Source of the DNA: Bacteroidaceae bacterium
GTDB taxonomy: Bacteria > Pseudomonadota > Alphaproteobacteria > RF32 > CAG-239
Direction of reading: 5' to 3'
Length of the DNA: 51,480 nucleotides
NCBI GenBank assembly: GCA_963646605.1
Contig: CAVIWQ010000002.1
Location: 1 to 51,480 of the forward strand
Of the stretch, positions 37,438-48,935 are shown in pieces; the stretch's first letter is position 1, and the number at the start of each line of letters is the position of its first letter. A model generated the notes under the pieces. The model was not told where the DNA came from. It ran no database searches and saw only the letters and a program-made list of their open reading frames with translations. The position numbers and the translations under genes are program-made.

Positions 37438-38574
37438 ATGGACGGAAAAGAAAAGTCTGCAATATGGATCTTGATAATTGTGATTTTGTTAATGGTTACC
37501 GGCTGGCTGGTATGGAAATACCATTATTCGGCTGCTGTTTCGATTGAACGGAAAATGGAACCGGAAGTGCATGTGCTTCCGATTGTTGAACAAAAAGTAA
37601 CGCTTGAAAAAAAATATATAGGTTATGTTATGCCGATAGATGATGTCGATGTGCGTCCGTATATCAGTGGATTTATTGACAAAGTTTATGTTAAAGGCGG
37701 TCAAACGGTTTCAAAAGGTGAAAAATTACTGACTATAGAAGCTTCGGAATATGAGGCAGCATTGAAAGCGGCAAAAGCGCTTGAACTGAAAGCAGCGGCG
37801 GATTTGAATTATGCTGAAACATATTACAGACGAGTTCAAAAAGCCGGAACCAAAGCGGTTGCGCCAAATGAAATTGATAATGCCAAAGCGCGTTTTTTAG
37901 CGGCTAAAGCTTCATTGGAAAATGCAAAAGCTGCAGTTGCCGGAGCGGAAGTTAATTTGAAATATACGATAATTTCAGCCACTATAAGCGGGATTGTCGG
38001 TAATGTTGCATTAACATCGGGCGATTATGTTTCTCCGCAAAGCCGATTGCTCTCAATTATTCAGACAACGCCGATAAGAGTTGTTTTTTCCATAAGCGAT
38101 AAAGATTATTTGGAAGAAATTCAAAAAGAAAATATGTTTTCAGATGAAAAAATCCGTTTGAAATTGGCCGATGGCTCAATTTATTCTTTTTTAGGAGCTT
38201 TCCGCTATACCGACAATAAGATAGATCGTTCGACAAATGCTGTTGCAGTGTATGCCGATTTTGAAAATCCGCAAAATTTATTAATTGATAATGCATATGT
38301 TACCGTGTTGGTAGAAAAACAATATGATGGTGTTTTAGTTGAGAAAGACAGGGTTTATTTGCAGCCTGACGGAAGTTTTATTTATGTTGAAGAAGATGGC
38401 TTTATAAAAAAACATCAAATTAAAATTTTAGCTGAATATGGTGATAATTATGTTTTGAAAAACGATTTTTCTTCTCAAATGTGGTTGGTCAAAGAAAAAG
38501 TTAATTTTCGCAATGACAGCCAAAAAGTAAAAATTATCGGTAATTCAAGTCATTCCTTGAAGGAGAAATCTTGA
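37438..38574 (+). CDS. RND efflux periplasmic adaptor (MFP)
   Basis: N-terminal TM anchor, lipoyl/hairpin region ([26 protein letters not shown]...coiled coil...[12 protein letters not shown]). 4-nt overlap with the pump gene. Confidence 0.85.
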   Translation: MDGKEKSAIWILIIVILLMVTGWLVWKYHYSAAVSIERKMEPEVHVLPIVEQKVTLEKKYIGYVMPIDDVDVRPYISGFIDKVYVKGGQTVSKGEKLLTIEASEYEAALKAAKALELKAAADLNYAETYYRRVQKAGTKAVAPNEIDNAKARFLAAKASLENAKAAVAGAEVNLKYTIISATISGIVGNVALTSGDYVSPQSRLLSIIQTTPIRVVFSISDKDYLEEIQKENMFSDEKIRLKLADGSIYSFLGAFRYTDNKIDRSTNAVAVYADFENPQNLLIDNAYVTVLVEKQYDGVLVEKDRVYLQPDGSFIYVEEDGFIKKHQIKILAEYGDNYVLKNDFSSQMWLVKEKVNFRNDSQKVKIIGNSSHSLKEKS

Positions 38575-41500
38575 TGTTTTCAAAATATTTTATTGATCGT
38601 CCGCGTTTTGCGGCGGTAGTTTCCGTAGTTATGATTTTGCTGGGGCTGCTTGCCGTTGCCGTTATGCCGGTTTCGCAGTATCCGCAAATTACGCCTCCTC
38701 AAATTGTAGTGAGTACCACATACCCCGGTGCAAGCGCGCAAGTGGTCGTCGACACGGTTGCCGTTCCGATTGAAAATCAGATAAACGGTGTGGAAGATAT
38801 GCTTTATATGAGTTCATCTTCAAATGATCAGGGCAGTTATAAATTGACCATAACTTTTAATATCGGCACTGATCCGGATATTGCGCAAATGAAAGTTCAA
38901 AACCGCTTAAATCAGGTTATGTCGCAGCTGCCGACGATAGTGCAGCAACAAGGCGTTGATGTTACGACAGAAATGTCTAATATGCTGGCATTGTTGGTTT
39001 TGCGGTCGCCTCATAAAACTTACGGTGATTTATATCTTAGTAATTATGCATACACAAACATCAAAAACCCGCTCGGCCGTGTGGAAGGTGTGAGCGATGT
39101 GCAGATTTTCGGTCCACAGTACAGTATGCGTGTTTGGCTTGATGCAGAAAAAATATCATCGTTGGGATTGGATAGTTCAGATATTGTAAATTTGATTGCA
39201 ACTCAAAATGTTCAGGCCTCAATTGGAAGTATTGGGGCAGCTCCGGCTGTTGCAGGAACGAATATGGTTTTGTCTTTGTCAGCAAAAGGGTTATTAAATT
39301 CGGTAGACGATTTTAAGAAAATTGTTGTTGCCACTTCAAAAGACGGCGGGTTGGTGCGTTTGGAAGATGTTGCGAGAGTAGAATTGGGGGCTGATACTTA
39401 TACGATGAATGCAAATTTTGATAACGCTCCTGCGGTTATTATGTCACTCAGCCAAACTCCGGGGTCAAATTCTTTGAATATTATGGACAATGTGGCGCGG
39501 GAAATTGAAAAACTGTCTCAAACTTTTGAAAATGATATGGAGTTTAAAGTTGCGTATGATTCAACGCAGTATGTACGAGCTTCAATAGCTGCTATTGTTG
39601 AAACTTTGATTATCACTTTTTTGTTGGTTGTTTTGGTAACTTATGTGTTTTTGCAGAAAGTCAAAACCACATTAATTCCGCTGATAACCATTCCCGTATC
39701 GTTGATTGCCACTTTTGCCGTGCTCTATCTTTTAGGATTTGATATAAATATTTTGACATTGTTTGCGATGATTTTGGCAATTGGACTGGTTGTAGATGAT
39801 GCTATTATTGTTGTGGAGCGGGTACAATATTTGATGGCTTATGAAAATATGGATGCGCATGCGGCTTCGGTCAAAGCTATGGAACAAATCGGAAGCGCGA
39901 TTGTGGCGACAACTTTTGTGCTTTTATCAATTTTTATACCGGTAGGATTAATGGCGGGAATTACCGGAAAAATTTATCAGCAATTTGCGGTTACGATTGC
40001 GGCGGCGGTTGTTTTTTCTGCATTTAATGCGCTTACTCTCAGTCCTTCTTTATGTGCTATTTTTCTGCAGGGAAATAAAGAAGAAAAAGCAAAAGGTTTT
40101 TTCAAAATTTTTGATGATATTATAGATTATTTCAAACAAAAATATCTTAGAGTTGTGACGTTTTTTTCTTCACACTTGAAAATAACGTTTGCGGTAACGA
40201 TTGCAGTGTTTATTGTTTTGGCAATCGGTTTTAAAGTAACGGCATCTTCTTTTTTGCCGGAAGAAGATCAGGGAATTATTTTCGGTGATATTCAACTGTC
40301 TGATACGGCAAGTATTAATCAAACGAATGATGAATTGCATAAAATCGGAGATAAAGTTTTAAAAATCGAAGGCGTGCAATATTTTATCGGGGTAGCAGGA
40401 TACAGTATGTTGGGCGGTTCGGGTGAAAATGCCGCTTTGGGCGTTATTGGATTAAAACCATGGGATGAGCGTAAAAGCAAAGAAACCTCTTTGAAAACGA
40501 TTACCGGTAAATTGGAAAAAGAGTTTTACGCTTCAGATAATGCAAAAATCAATTTTTTTGCGCCGCCGGCGATTCCAGGAATAGGCAACAGCGATGGTTT
40601 AACTTTTGAATTTCAGGCAATTAATCAAAACATTTTACCTAATCAACTGTTTGGAGAATTGCAAAAATTTTTGGAAAATTTAAATAAAAATTCGAATTTA
40701 GCTTATGCTTTCAGTGTTTATACAGCTGATGCCCCTCATGTTTATTTGAATATAGATCGCACTAAACTTGAAGCTTATGATATTCCGGTCAGCAATTTGT
40801 TTACGGTTCTGCAAAATAATTTGGGCTCGCGCTATGTAAATAATATCACTTTAAGCGGGCAGGTTAATAAAGTTATTATACAGGCTGATTTTAATTTCCG
40901 CCGCAGTATAGAAGATGTGAAAAATCTTTATGTGCGGTCAAATAACGGAGCTATGATTAAAGTCGGCAGTTTTGCCGATATCGGAATTGAATTGTCTCCG
41001 AAAATTATTAAACGCTATAATCAATATCAAAATGCTTCAGTGGTTGCTCAAAGTGCTTTGGGCGTTAGTACCGGAACGGCTATTTCTGCAGTCGAAAACA
41101 TTGCCAATCAAAATTTGGCAGCTGATGATTTTCAAATTGCATGGACCGGATTGAGCCTGCAAGAAGTGGAAGCCGCAGGATTGGCTGTTTTTCTGATTAT
41201 TTTGGCTTTGGTTTTTTGTTATCTTTTTTTGGTAGCTCTTTATGAAAGCTGGATGTTGGCTTTTGCCGTTATGTTTTCAACGATTTTTGCAATTTTAGGT
41301 GCTTTGGGCGGTTTGCATTTAATGGGGCAGTCGTTGAGTATTTATGCGCAATTAGGGCTGGTTATGCTTATAGGTTTGGCCGCTAAAAATGCTATTTTGA
41401 TTGTTGAATTCACAAAGGCTTATCGAGAAGAAGGAAAATCTATACTTGAAGCTTCGGTTAAAGGCGCCGGTGAACGTTTTCGTGCGGTTTTAATGACAGC

Positions 41501-41714
41501 TTTAACTTTTATTTTGGGTGTGTTTCCTATGGTTGTAGCTGATGGAGCCGGAGCTGCCAGCCAAATTGCAATAGGAACAGCTGTTTTTTACGGAATGATT
41601 GCCGCAACAATTATCGGAATTGTTTTTATTCCGGCTTATTTCGCATTTTTTGAACATATAAAAGAATGGTTTGGAAACAGGCTTAATAAGAATAGCAGGG
41701 AGAATATGCAATGA
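38571..41714 (+). CDS. RND multidrug efflux permease (AcrB family)
   Basis: 1047 aa with a 12-TM/2-loop architecture. [25 protein letters not shown]-terminus and [12 protein letters not shown] motif. Confidence 0.92.
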   Translation: MMFSKYFIDRPRFAAVVSVVMILLGLLAVAVMPVSQYPQITPPQIVVSTTYPGASAQVVVDTVAVPIENQINGVEDMLYMSSSSNDQGSYKLTITFNIGTDPDIAQMKVQNRLNQVMSQLPTIVQQQGVDVTTEMSNMLALLVLRSPHKTYGDLYLSNYAYTNIKNPLGRVEGVSDVQIFGPQYSMRVWLDAEKISSLGLDSSDIVNLIATQNVQASIGSIGAAPAVAGTNMVLSLSAKGLLNSVDDFKKIVVATSKDGGLVRLEDVARVELGADTYTMNANFDNAPAVIMSLSQTPGSNSLNIMDNVAREIEKLSQTFENDMEFKVAYDSTQYVRASIAAIVETLIITFLLVVLVTYVFLQKVKTTLIPLITIPVSLIATFAVLYLLGFDINILTLFAMILAIGLVVDDAIIVVERVQYLMAYENMDAHAASVKAMEQIGSAIVATTFVLLSIFIPVGLMAGITGKIYQQFAVTIAAAVVFSAFNALTLSPSLCAIFLQGNKEEKAKGFFKIFDDIIDYFKQKYLRVVTFFSSHLKITFAVTIAVFIVLAIGFKVTASSFLPEEDQGIIFGDIQLSDTASINQTNDELHKIGDKVLKIEGVQYFIGVAGYSMLGGSGENAALGVIGLKPWDERKSKETSLKTITGKLEKEFYASDNAKINFFAPPAIPGIGNSDGLTFEFQAINQNILPNQLFGELQKFLENLNKNSNLAYAFSVYTADAPHVYLNIDRTKLEAYDIPVSNLFTVLQNNLGSRYVNNITLSGQVNKVIIQADFNFRRSIEDVKNLYVRSNNGAMIKVGSFADIGIELSPKIIKRYNQYQNASVVAQSALGVSTGTAISAVENIANQNLAADDFQIAWTGLSLQEVEAAGLAVFLIILALVFCYLFLVALYESWMLAFAVMFSTIFAILGALGGLHLMGQSLSIYAQLGLVMLIGLAAKNAILIVEFTKAYREEGKSILEASVKGAGERFRAVLMTALTFILGVFPMVVADGAGAASQIAIGTAVFYGMIAATIIGIVFIPAYFAFFEHIKEWFGNRLNKNSRENMQ

Positions 41715-43120
41715 GGCTGTTTTATGGGATTATGCCTTTGGTTGTTTTAGCGGCTTGTACTTTGGGACCGAATTATAAACGCCCCGATTTTTGGAGTGAT
41801 GCCGATTTGTCGTCCGGTTTAATGATTTCAGGAAAAAATTATCCTATCAGCGTGTTTTGGTATCAGGCTTTCGGTGATGAAACATTAAATTGTCTGATAG
41901 GGGAGGTTTTAAGAAATAATTCAGATGTAAAAATTGCTCAGTCGCGATTGCGGCAGGCAAGATACAGTTTGAATATAACTGAGGTGGAATATTTGCCGAT
42001 GTTTAATGCTGCAGGCAATTATAATTATTCGTATGCTCCGAAATATGAAGAGTTAGGAGATAAAACAAGCTATTATCGTTTAGGATTAGATGCTTCATGG
42101 GAGTTAGATATTTTCGGAGGCGGCCGCCGGAAAACAGAAAGCTCCAAAGCTCTATACAGGAGCGCTGCTGATAATCTGAATAATGTTTTGCTCTCAATGA
42201 CAGCGGAAACAGCCAATAATTATATTTTGTTGAAAACTGTTCAAGAACAAATTCATATTGCTCAGGAAAATCTGAAATTACAGCAGGATATTTTACAGAC
42301 AGTGCAAAATAAGTATAAAGCAGGAATGGCTGACGAAGCTGCGCTTAATCAGGCGGAATATGCCATGCATGAAACAAAATCATTAATTCCTGACTTAAAA
42401 TATAGTGAAAAAGCTTATATAAATGCGATAGCTGTTTTGAGAGGGAAAATGCCTGAAAATAATGAGGAGTTCAGCTATACAAAAGATAATTTGGTTGCAA
42501 ATACGTTTAATTTTAATATGGAAAGGTTAAGTGAATTTCCTCTCGAGGCAGTGAGAGAACGCCCTGATGTGAAATCGGCTGAAAATATGCTGATTGCTAA
42601 AAATGCAGAAATCGGCGTGGTCATAGCAAATATGTTTCCCAATATCAGTATCAGCGCGGCGCTTGGGTGGCAAGGACATTTGGTGCGTGATTGGGGACGA
42701 TCCGAAAATGCAGCTTATGGATATGCGCCAGCAATTAATATGCCTTTTTTTCATTGGGGAGAGTTGATGAATCAAGTTAAGCTTTCTAAAGAAGTCAAGA
42801 CTGAATATGTTTATACCTATCGCAAAGTTTTGCTTGAGGCCATTGCTGAAATAAGAAATTCAATGATTGCTGTCAGCAGAGAATATGAAAAAAACGATAT
42901 TTTGCAAAAGTCCGCTGACAATGCGGAAAAAGTTTTGCAGGTTATGAAAGTTAAGTACGAGCAAGGTTTGATAGAATTTGGTGATTTGCTGACAAGTGAA
43001 CAAAACTTACTCTCGGCACAAAATAATTTGGTTTTAAGCCAAAGCGCCATTTATCAAAAAATAATCAGTTTTTATAAAGCCGTCGGAGGCGGTTATTATT
43101 CGTATGGATTACGCAGATAA
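41711..43120 (+). CDS. efflux outer-membrane factor lipoprotein (NodT family)
   Basis: Lipobox VVLAAC and the two-repeat OEP layout. 4-nt overlap with the pump gene. Confidence 0.85.
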   Translation: MRLFYGIMPLVVLAACTLGPNYKRPDFWSDADLSSGLMISGKNYPISVFWYQAFGDETLNCLIGEVLRNNSDVKIAQSRLRQARYSLNITEVEYLPMFNAAGNYNYSYAPKYEELGDKTSYYRLGLDASWELDIFGGGRRKTESSKALYRSAADNLNNVLLSMTAETANNYILLKTVQEQIHIAQENLKLQQDILQTVQNKYKAGMADEAALNQAEYAMHETKSLIPDLKYSEKAYINAIAVLRGKMPENNEEFSYTKDNLVANTFNFNMERLSEFPLEAVRERPDVKSAENMLIAKNAEIGVVIANMFPNISISAALGWQGHLVRDWGRSENAAYGYAPAINMPFFHWGELMNQVKLSKEVKTEYVYTYRKVLLEAIAEIRNSMIAVSREYEKNDILQKSADNAEKVLQVMKVKYEQGLIEFGDLLTSEQNLLSAQNNLVLSQSAIYQKIISFYKAVGGGYYSYGLRR

Positions 43121-43605
43121 ATATTTGTAACTTCAGGAATATTGTAGTTGCGGTTTGTATACCCGCGCGCTTCCATGCAATCAACATATTTTTGATAATC
43201 AACATCGTCATCGTCTTCGGGCTGAGTGACGTTTACTATAATCGGCTGTGCGCCGGAATAAGGTATGAAACTTGCCCATATTCCGCTTTTTCCGTTCCAA
43301 TCTGCACGAACTCCCAATTGTTTTTCTTCGGTATAGAAAAGGTTATGAGACCATTTTTCAACAAAAGGAATCAGTTTAAAAGTTTTAGCTTCGTTCATAC
43401 AATATTTGTGGTCAGTTGAAAATTTTTCAACTCCGGTATACGGGCGCTGCCAATGAAAAATTTCTTGTCCGTTGCCATGAGCATCGAACCAACTGAACGG
43501 CGGAATTTTCCACCACGGCTTTTTAGGTTTGTCATCTACATTGCTGCTGGAGCAGGCGCCGAGAGCTAAAAGGCAGAAAAAAATAAAGAGAAATTTTTTA
43601 TTCAT
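43096..43605 (-). CDS. hypothetical lipoprotein (169 aa)
   Basis: Lipobox LLALGAC after a short basic N-terminus, with no other motif. Its 3' end overlaps the NodT gene by 25 nt. Confidence 0.55.
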   Translation of the reverse strand: MNKKFLFIFFCLLALGACSSSNVDDKPKKPWWKIPPFSWFDAHGNGQEIFHWQRPYTGVEKFSTDHKYCMNEAKTFKLIPFVEKWSHNLFYTEEKQLGVRADWNGKSGIWASFIPYSGAQPIIVNVTQPEDDDDVDYQKYVDCMEARGYTNRNYNIPEVTNIYLRNPYE

Positions 43606-43607
43606 GG

Positions 43608-44279
43608 CTAAAAGTCCAAATTGTTATAATGTTTGGAAGGCAAAATACCTTTTATATTGTCTTTTAAAATATCTTTAAAGCTTGGTCTTGATTTTATTTT
43701 AGAATACCAAAGCTTGGCATTTTTATAACCTTCCCACGGAACATCGCCTAAATAATCAATAATTGACAATTGAGCGGCAGCGGCAATATCGGCCAAAGAA
43801 AAATTATTACCGGCCAGAAAGTTGCGATTTTCGCACAGCCAATCAATATATTCCATATGAAAATTCAAGTTGTTTAAGCCTGACTTTAAGATTTTTGAGT
43901 CAGGAGCAGTTCCCGCCATAAAGCGTTTGAAAACTTTTTCTGTGACAATATTGCGATAAACTTCACGATAAAATTTTGTATCAAACCATTCTGTTAAACG
44001 GCGGATTTCAGCTCGCTGCCGGACATCACCGTTAATAATGGGAATTTCTTTTTGTTTGTAGGCTTCGTCCAAAAATTCGCAAATAGCGTTGTTGCCGGTA
44101 ATAACGTTTCCGTCATAAACAAATATGGGCAATTCTCCGGCGGGATTCAGGCGCAAAGCTTCTTTAGACAAATTCCATGGATCTTCTTCTTTGAGCACAA
44201 ATAAAATACGCTTCTCTCCCATCAGCAATCTAACTTTGCGTGAAAAAGGCGAAATCGGATGATGTATCAGTAAAACCAT
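43608..44279 (-). CDS. glutathione S-transferase family protein
   Basis: Thioredoxin-like N-domain (PISPFSRKVRLLMGEK...GELPIF) plus a helical C-domain. ATG 44279 is preferred over 44306. Confidence 0.7.
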   Translation of the reverse strand: MVLLIHHPISPFSRKVRLLMGEKRILFVLKEEDPWNLSKEALRLNPAGELPIFVYDGNVITGNNAICEFLDEAYKQKEIPIINGDVRQRAEIRRLTEWFDTKFYREVYRNIVTEKVFKRFMAGTAPDSKILKSGLNNLNFHMEYIDWLCENRNFLAGNNFSLADIAAAAQLSIIDYLGDVPWEGYKNAKLWYSKIKSRPSFKDILKDNIKGILPSKHYNNLDF

Positions 44280-44345
44280 TGCAACAGTGCCCCCAAAAAA
44301 GTGCATTATAATTACAATCTACCAACTTGTTTGGCTGAGGTCAAG

Positions 44346-45200
44346 TCAGATATTCTGATTATTTAGTGTATAAGAAGGCGGAACAGTTCCGCGTGTTTCT
44401 TCTTCCACCTGACGCAATATGGAGATTGCTCTGGCTTTTATCTTGTCGCGGACTTCTTGTCTGCTGAGCCATTGAGTGAGATTGTGAGATAAATATTCTC
44501 TTTCCTGTGAAATTTTTGAAATTCCGATAAATACCGGCATACTCCAAATACTTTTTTTGGAAATGCTGACTAAATCTTTTACGCCGAGTTTCATCATTTC
44601 TATCGTGCCATACCAATAAGTCGTAAGAATATAATCTACTTCGCCGCGCATTAGTTTGCCGTATAAGTCATAGGAGTTATCAACTTTTTCTATATTGAGT
44701 TCTTTCATTTGATCACGGACGAAATCACTCCAATATTCGCGTGAATCAATGGCGCCTTTTAAATTTTTGAGGTCGGATATTTTTTTTATCTCGCTTATCC
44801 GCGATGGCAGCATAACCAAATGAACAGGATTTTCAATAGCGGCAGGATATATAAATTTATAATCCTCATATATACTGGTATCTGGATATATTCCTAAAAT
44901 AATATCCGTTCTTCCTTTTGCGCCTTTGCGAATCGTTTCGATGTAACTGTTGTCTTTGTAGATTTGAGCGCCAAAATTTGCAAAAGTTCTGAACTCTAAT
45001 AAAAATTCGTCAAACAGTCCTTCATAGTAGCCGGAAGTTGTGCGTCCAAAAGGATAGTAGTCTTCAAACCCGCTGATACGCAAAATGGAACTTGATAGTT
45101 TTTTAGGAACGCCGAATTGAACCTGAGAAAAGGTTTCGGAACAGTGCAAAACAGTGAAAAACGATGCTAATAAAATAATCCAAAACTTTTTCATAAGCAA
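44346..45200 (-). CDS. periplasmic substrate-binding protein (SBP family 3-like)
   Basis: Signal peptide and SBP_bac_3-like blocks (DIILGIY...; LKGAIDS...; GEVDYILTTYWYG). Confidence 0.55.
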   Translation of the reverse strand: MLMKKFWIILLASFFTVLHCSETFSQVQFGVPKKLSSSILRISGFEDYYPFGRTTSGYYEGLFDEFLLEFRTFANFGAQIYKDNSYIETIRKGAKGRTDIILGIYPDTSIYEDYKFIYPAAIENPVHLVMLPSRISEIKKISDLKNLKGAIDSREYWSDFVRDQMKELNIEKVDNSYDLYGKLMRGEVDYILTTYWYGTIEMMKLGVKDLVSISKKSIWSMPVFIGISKISQEREYLSHNLTQWLSRQEVRDKIKARAISILRQVEEETRGTVPPSYTLNNQNI

Positions 45201-45204
45201 ATTC

Positions 45205-46107
45205 CTAATGATTGCGGTTTATAATATATTGAGCTAATGCTTTCAGATTTTCGGCTTTTTCTCCGAAAATTTCCAAATCGGCTACAGCTCCGCGGATTAA
45301 TTCTTCCGAAATGCTGCGAGCCATATCCAATCCATATAAATTGACAAAGGTTAATTTGTTTTGTTCGGCATCTTTTCTCAGAGTTTTGCCGACGGTTTTT
45401 TCATCGCCGGTTGCATCCAAAATATCATCGGCAATTTGGAAAGCAATTCCTATTTTTCGGGAATAGGCAACCAGTTTGGCTGTTTGTTCGGTATTAGCAT
45501 TACCGAGAACGGCACCGGCTTCGACAGCATAACGCAGCAAGCGTCCGGTTTTCATTTCTTCGATATGGCGGATAATTTTTTCTGTATCGAATTTTTTTGA
45601 ATTGTATGTCGAGGCGATTAAATCCAGCATTTGTCCTGCTACCATTCCGTCAAAAGCTCCGGCTGCACTTGCCAGCATTTCAATAAGACGGCAGCGTACG
45701 GCAGGATTGGCAGCAGTTTGCGGATAGCTCATAATTTCAAAAGCATAAGTCAGCAATCCGTCTCCGGCAATAATAGCCGTTGCTTCGTCAAATTGTTTGT
45801 GGCAAGTAGGAAAACCGCGGCGTAAATCATCATTATCCATAGCTGGCAAATCATCATGTATCAGCGAATAGGTATGCAGCATTTCAAGCGCCATTGCTGT
45901 ATTGATTGACTGTTCAAAGCCAATGCCAAACAGGCGTGCAGTTTCATAAACAAGAAAAGGACGCAACCGCTTTCCTCCGCGGGTCAGCGAATAGTGCATA
46001 GCTTCAGAAACGCGGCGTTCTTCACTTTCGGGAAAATTGAAAAAACGGGCAATTTCCTGATTAAAGCGAGTTGAGTAATCTTTTAATGTATCTTCAATTC
46101 TATTCAT
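45205..46107 (-). CDS. ispA: (2E,6E)-farnesyl diphosphate synthase / polyprenyl synthetase
   Basis: First and second Asp-rich motifs LIHDDLPAMDNDDLRRG and FQIADDILD. Confidence 0.88.
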   Translation of the reverse strand: MNRIEDTLKDYSTRFNQEIARFFNFPESEERRVSEAMHYSLTRGGKRLRPFLVYETARLFGIGFEQSINTAMALEMLHTYSLIHDDLPAMDNDDLRRGFPTCHKQFDEATAIIAGDGLLTYAFEIMSYPQTAANPAVRCRLIEMLASAAGAFDGMVAGQMLDLIASTYNSKKFDTEKIIRHIEEMKTGRLLRYAVEAGAVLGNANTEQTAKLVAYSRKIGIAFQIADDILDATGDEKTVGKTLRKDAEQNKLTFVNLYGLDMARSISEELIRGAVADLEIFGEKAENLKALAQYIINRNH

Positions 46108-46351
46108 TTGCGTCTATCTTGTCCAAAGGTGTTAAAACGGGGGTGCCGTCGGGGGAAATTTCTATTTTTTCAATTTTTAATTTTGCGTCATTTAACTTCT
46201 GTTCGCAGAATTTTTTCAATTTTACAGCTTTTTCATAAGCGGAAACCGCATCGTCAAGTTTTATTTTTCCGGCTTCCAATTCTCGCACAATGTTTTCAAG
46301 TGATGACAGAGCTTCTTCAAAACTCAGTTTTTCAATATTTTCTTCAGGCAT
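46100..46351 (-). CDS. xseB: exodeoxyribonuclease VII small subunit
   Basis: GGAGG RBS before ATG 46351. LSFEEALSSLENIVRELEAGKIKLDDAVSAYEKAVKL is the XseB signature. 8-nt overlap with ispA. Confidence 0.85.
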   Translation of the reverse strand: MPEENIEKLSFEEALSSLENIVRELEAGKIKLDDAVSAYEKAVKLKKFCEQKLNDAKLKIEKIEISPDGTPVLTPLDKIDANE

Positions 46352-46459
46352 AATTTTCCTCCAACCTATAAAGATAATATTAAAAGCATAATCTTTAAAT
46401 TTCAATATTAATGTCTATTTTATAAATATCTAATTATTGAATTTGCGGAGTATAAATTT

Positions 46460-46738
46460 ATGGAAAAAGTCAGAAACAAAGTAAAAATTGCGGCTTTTCT
46501 TAAAGCGTTGGGAAATGCAAAACGCTTGGAAATTGTTGGCATTTTGCGCAAAGGCGAAAAAAAAGTGGGAGATTTGGAAAAGATTATAGGTATCAGCCAA
46601 TCAGCATTATCACAACATTTGGCGGTTTTGAGAACGGCGGGTATTGTTTCTACCCGCCGTTCTGCTCAATCAGTTTTTTATTCTTTATCTGACAATAAAT
46701 GTTACCGACTTCTTGAATTGTTGGATGAACTTTTTTAA
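46460..46738 (+). CDS. ArsR/SmtB-family transcriptional regulator
   Basis: wHTH segments LKALGNAKRLEIVGIL and VGDLEKIIGISQSALSQHLAVLRTAGIV, 92 aa. Confidence 0.8.
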   Translation: MEKVRNKVKIAAFLKALGNAKRLEIVGILRKGEKKVGDLEKIIGISQSALSQHLAVLRTAGIVSTRRSAQSVFYSLSDNKCYRLLELLDELF

Positions 46739-48918
46739 GAAGCCTGAGGCTGGTCATCACCCAGACCCAGCTTTTCCATCATATTGTCATTTACGTCTTC
46801 ACGTTGAGCGACAATCCACTCCGGAACGTTTGGCGCCGGAGGAAGCTTTGCCAATGAACGCATTCTTGGATCAAGATACCAACGCGGTGAATCTGCCATA
46901 ATAGGATGATCGATATTACTTTGCATCAAAACAACTTGTTTAAGCTGCGGCAAGCTCAATAACTGTGAAGCGGTAATAACGGAAACCCCTTGCAGGGAAT
47001 AAGTTGTATTTTTTGCAAATGGGTTAGCTCCTTTGGCGGCAAAGCCTTCCTGTTTTGAAAACGATGAAGTCTGCACGGTTTTGTTACCGACCATTTTGGA
47101 GAAACGTTGAGCTGTTTGTTCGTTGTTTTGCGACAAAATAACTTTGCATGCGGTTGTTGAAATAACCGTTTCAAGGTCATCTTTTCCGTATTTTCCCGAA
47201 ATTTGGCCCAAATCTTGTCCAATCAGCAAATAAGATACTTTTTGACCACGACCTACCGCAGGTCCATCGATAACAGCTTTCATCTTAGGCATCTGCGGAA
47301 ACTCGTCGAGCACAAACATTGCGGGGAAAGGTCCCATTTTACCATCGGACGCATTAACATAATTTGGCGGGTTTGAAATGAGGTATGAAGACATCAATTC
47401 AATGAAAATACTGTTAATAACGCCCAAAGCACGGGCATCTACCTGGTTAATGGACAGATAAACAGAAATAGGCTTCCATTCGCCGGTAATCGGGTCTTTC
47501 ATACCGCGCAAGTCCTTAAATTGCAAATCTGAAAAACTTGTGCGGGCAACAACGGCCGAGTTTTTAAATACGCCGATTCCTGCAAAAGCCGTTGACATAA
47601 CGGAACCTCGTTCCTTATCAGGCATATTGCTCAGTGTTGAAAGTTCGGTATAAGCACGCTGTGTGTAACCATATTTACGTGATTCGTCAATTGCAGCTTC
47701 AAGCAAATCGCGCATAGGGTCAGCCATAGCAGCCATTTGATCGCCTTCATCCATGCGGCGGCGGATTTCTTGTCCTTGTTTAATTTGGGCTTCAGTCAAC
47801 CATTCCATAATCATAGCGATACAGGCTTCGCGGCCGACCCATTTTTCGGGCAATAAATCCCAAGTTCCGATTGCCACATAATTTTCAACGGTCAAATTAT
47901 TGTTGCGCAAATCGCTGATGGCGCGCACAGCGGCGGGGTTATGCATTTTGATTTCTTCATAATACCCTTCCAGAACGCGTTTATCTTCAGCATCAAGTTT
48001 GCCTTCGTATACACGGCTGAGAAAATAGTCGTTTGCGCGGGCTTTTTCGCATTTTGATGCAATAAAATGAATAAATCCGGTCAAAGCAGCACGTCCGGTT
48101 TGTGACCAGTGAGGGTCAGCGCCGCCTTTAGGGTCTTCAACCAAAATGTTGCACATTGAGTCGACGTACATATCACGCGCCGGCCCTGCAACAGGCAAAG
48201 CACTCGGAGACAACGGGTTCCAACTTGGATAATACAGACCTTCTTCCGGTTTGTCTTCAGCACCCCAGTTAATGATGAATACCGGACCTTCTTTGGCGCG
48301 GGCGCCGGAAGTGCTGAAACACAATTCAGGTTTCGGGTCGTTAATAACCAGACTCATGCCTTTTGAATTAAAAATCGTCGGAATAACCACGCCGGCGGTT
48401 TTACCGGTTCCAGGAGGTGCGCAGCACAGGGTTGAAAGGGTTTCAGGCAATTTCAGATAATAGCCTTTGTATTTACCGATAACCATACAAAAACCATCCA
48501 ATAATTTCATGGCTTTAATGTCTTTTAAGGTAGCCAAGCGTCCAGAACCATGAATGTTTGACTGAAAACGATAAGGATTGCTGACAGCTCCGACAATCAA
48601 ACCAATAGGCAAAGACAAAAGCGGCAGAATCGGCAGCCATAGACCAAAGCTAAAACCTCCGCGGTGCATTGATATTTGATTAAACCAACTGCCATAGCGT
48701 TTGAATAAATAGGAGGGATCATTGATAATCATTCCCATAAATTTTCCAACATTTTCAATGGCTTCTTTAGAAACGCCATTGCCGATAAGGTAACCTAACG
48801 GCATAGAAATGGCGGCCAGTATAATGGTGACCAAAAGAGTGATAATAACAGTCAATGACATCCATTGCACTGCGTGGTCATATTCTTCCCATTCTTCTCC
48901 GCGTTTTCTCAATCCCAT
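46735..48918 (-). CDS. virD4: type IV secretion coupling protein (VirD4/TraG family ATPase)
   Basis: Two N-terminal TM helices, HGSGRLATLKD, Walker A CCAPPGTGKTAGVVIPT, WNPL, Walker-B-like FVLDEFPQMPK, and LIGQDLGQISGKYG. 727 aa with an acidic C-terminal tail. Confidence 0.85.
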   Translation of the reverse strand: MGLRKRGEEWEEYDHAVQWMSLTVIITLLVTIILAAISMPLGYLIGNGVSKEAIENVGKFMGMIINDPSYLFKRYGSWFNQISMHRGGFSFGLWLPILPLLSLPIGLIVGAVSNPYRFQSNIHGSGRLATLKDIKAMKLLDGFCMVIGKYKGYYLKLPETLSTLCCAPPGTGKTAGVVIPTIFNSKGMSLVINDPKPELCFSTSGARAKEGPVFIINWGAEDKPEEGLYYPSWNPLSPSALPVAGPARDMYVDSMCNILVEDPKGGADPHWSQTGRAALTGFIHFIASKCEKARANDYFLSRVYEGKLDAEDKRVLEGYYEEIKMHNPAAVRAISDLRNNNLTVENYVAIGTWDLLPEKWVGREACIAMIMEWLTEAQIKQGQEIRRRMDEGDQMAAMADPMRDLLEAAIDESRKYGYTQRAYTELSTLSNMPDKERGSVMSTAFAGIGVFKNSAVVARTSFSDLQFKDLRGMKDPITGEWKPISVYLSINQVDARALGVINSIFIELMSSYLISNPPNYVNASDGKMGPFPAMFVLDEFPQMPKMKAVIDGPAVGRGQKVSYLLIGQDLGQISGKYGKDDLETVISTTACKVILSQNNEQTAQRFSKMVGNKTVQTSSFSKQEGFAAKGANPFAKNTTYSLQGVSVITASQLLSLPQLKQVVLMQSNIDHPIMADSPRWYLDPRMRSLAKLPPAPNVPEWIVAQREDVNDNMMEKLGLGDDQPQAS

Positions 48919-48935
48919 TTTTATATCCTTTGCAA

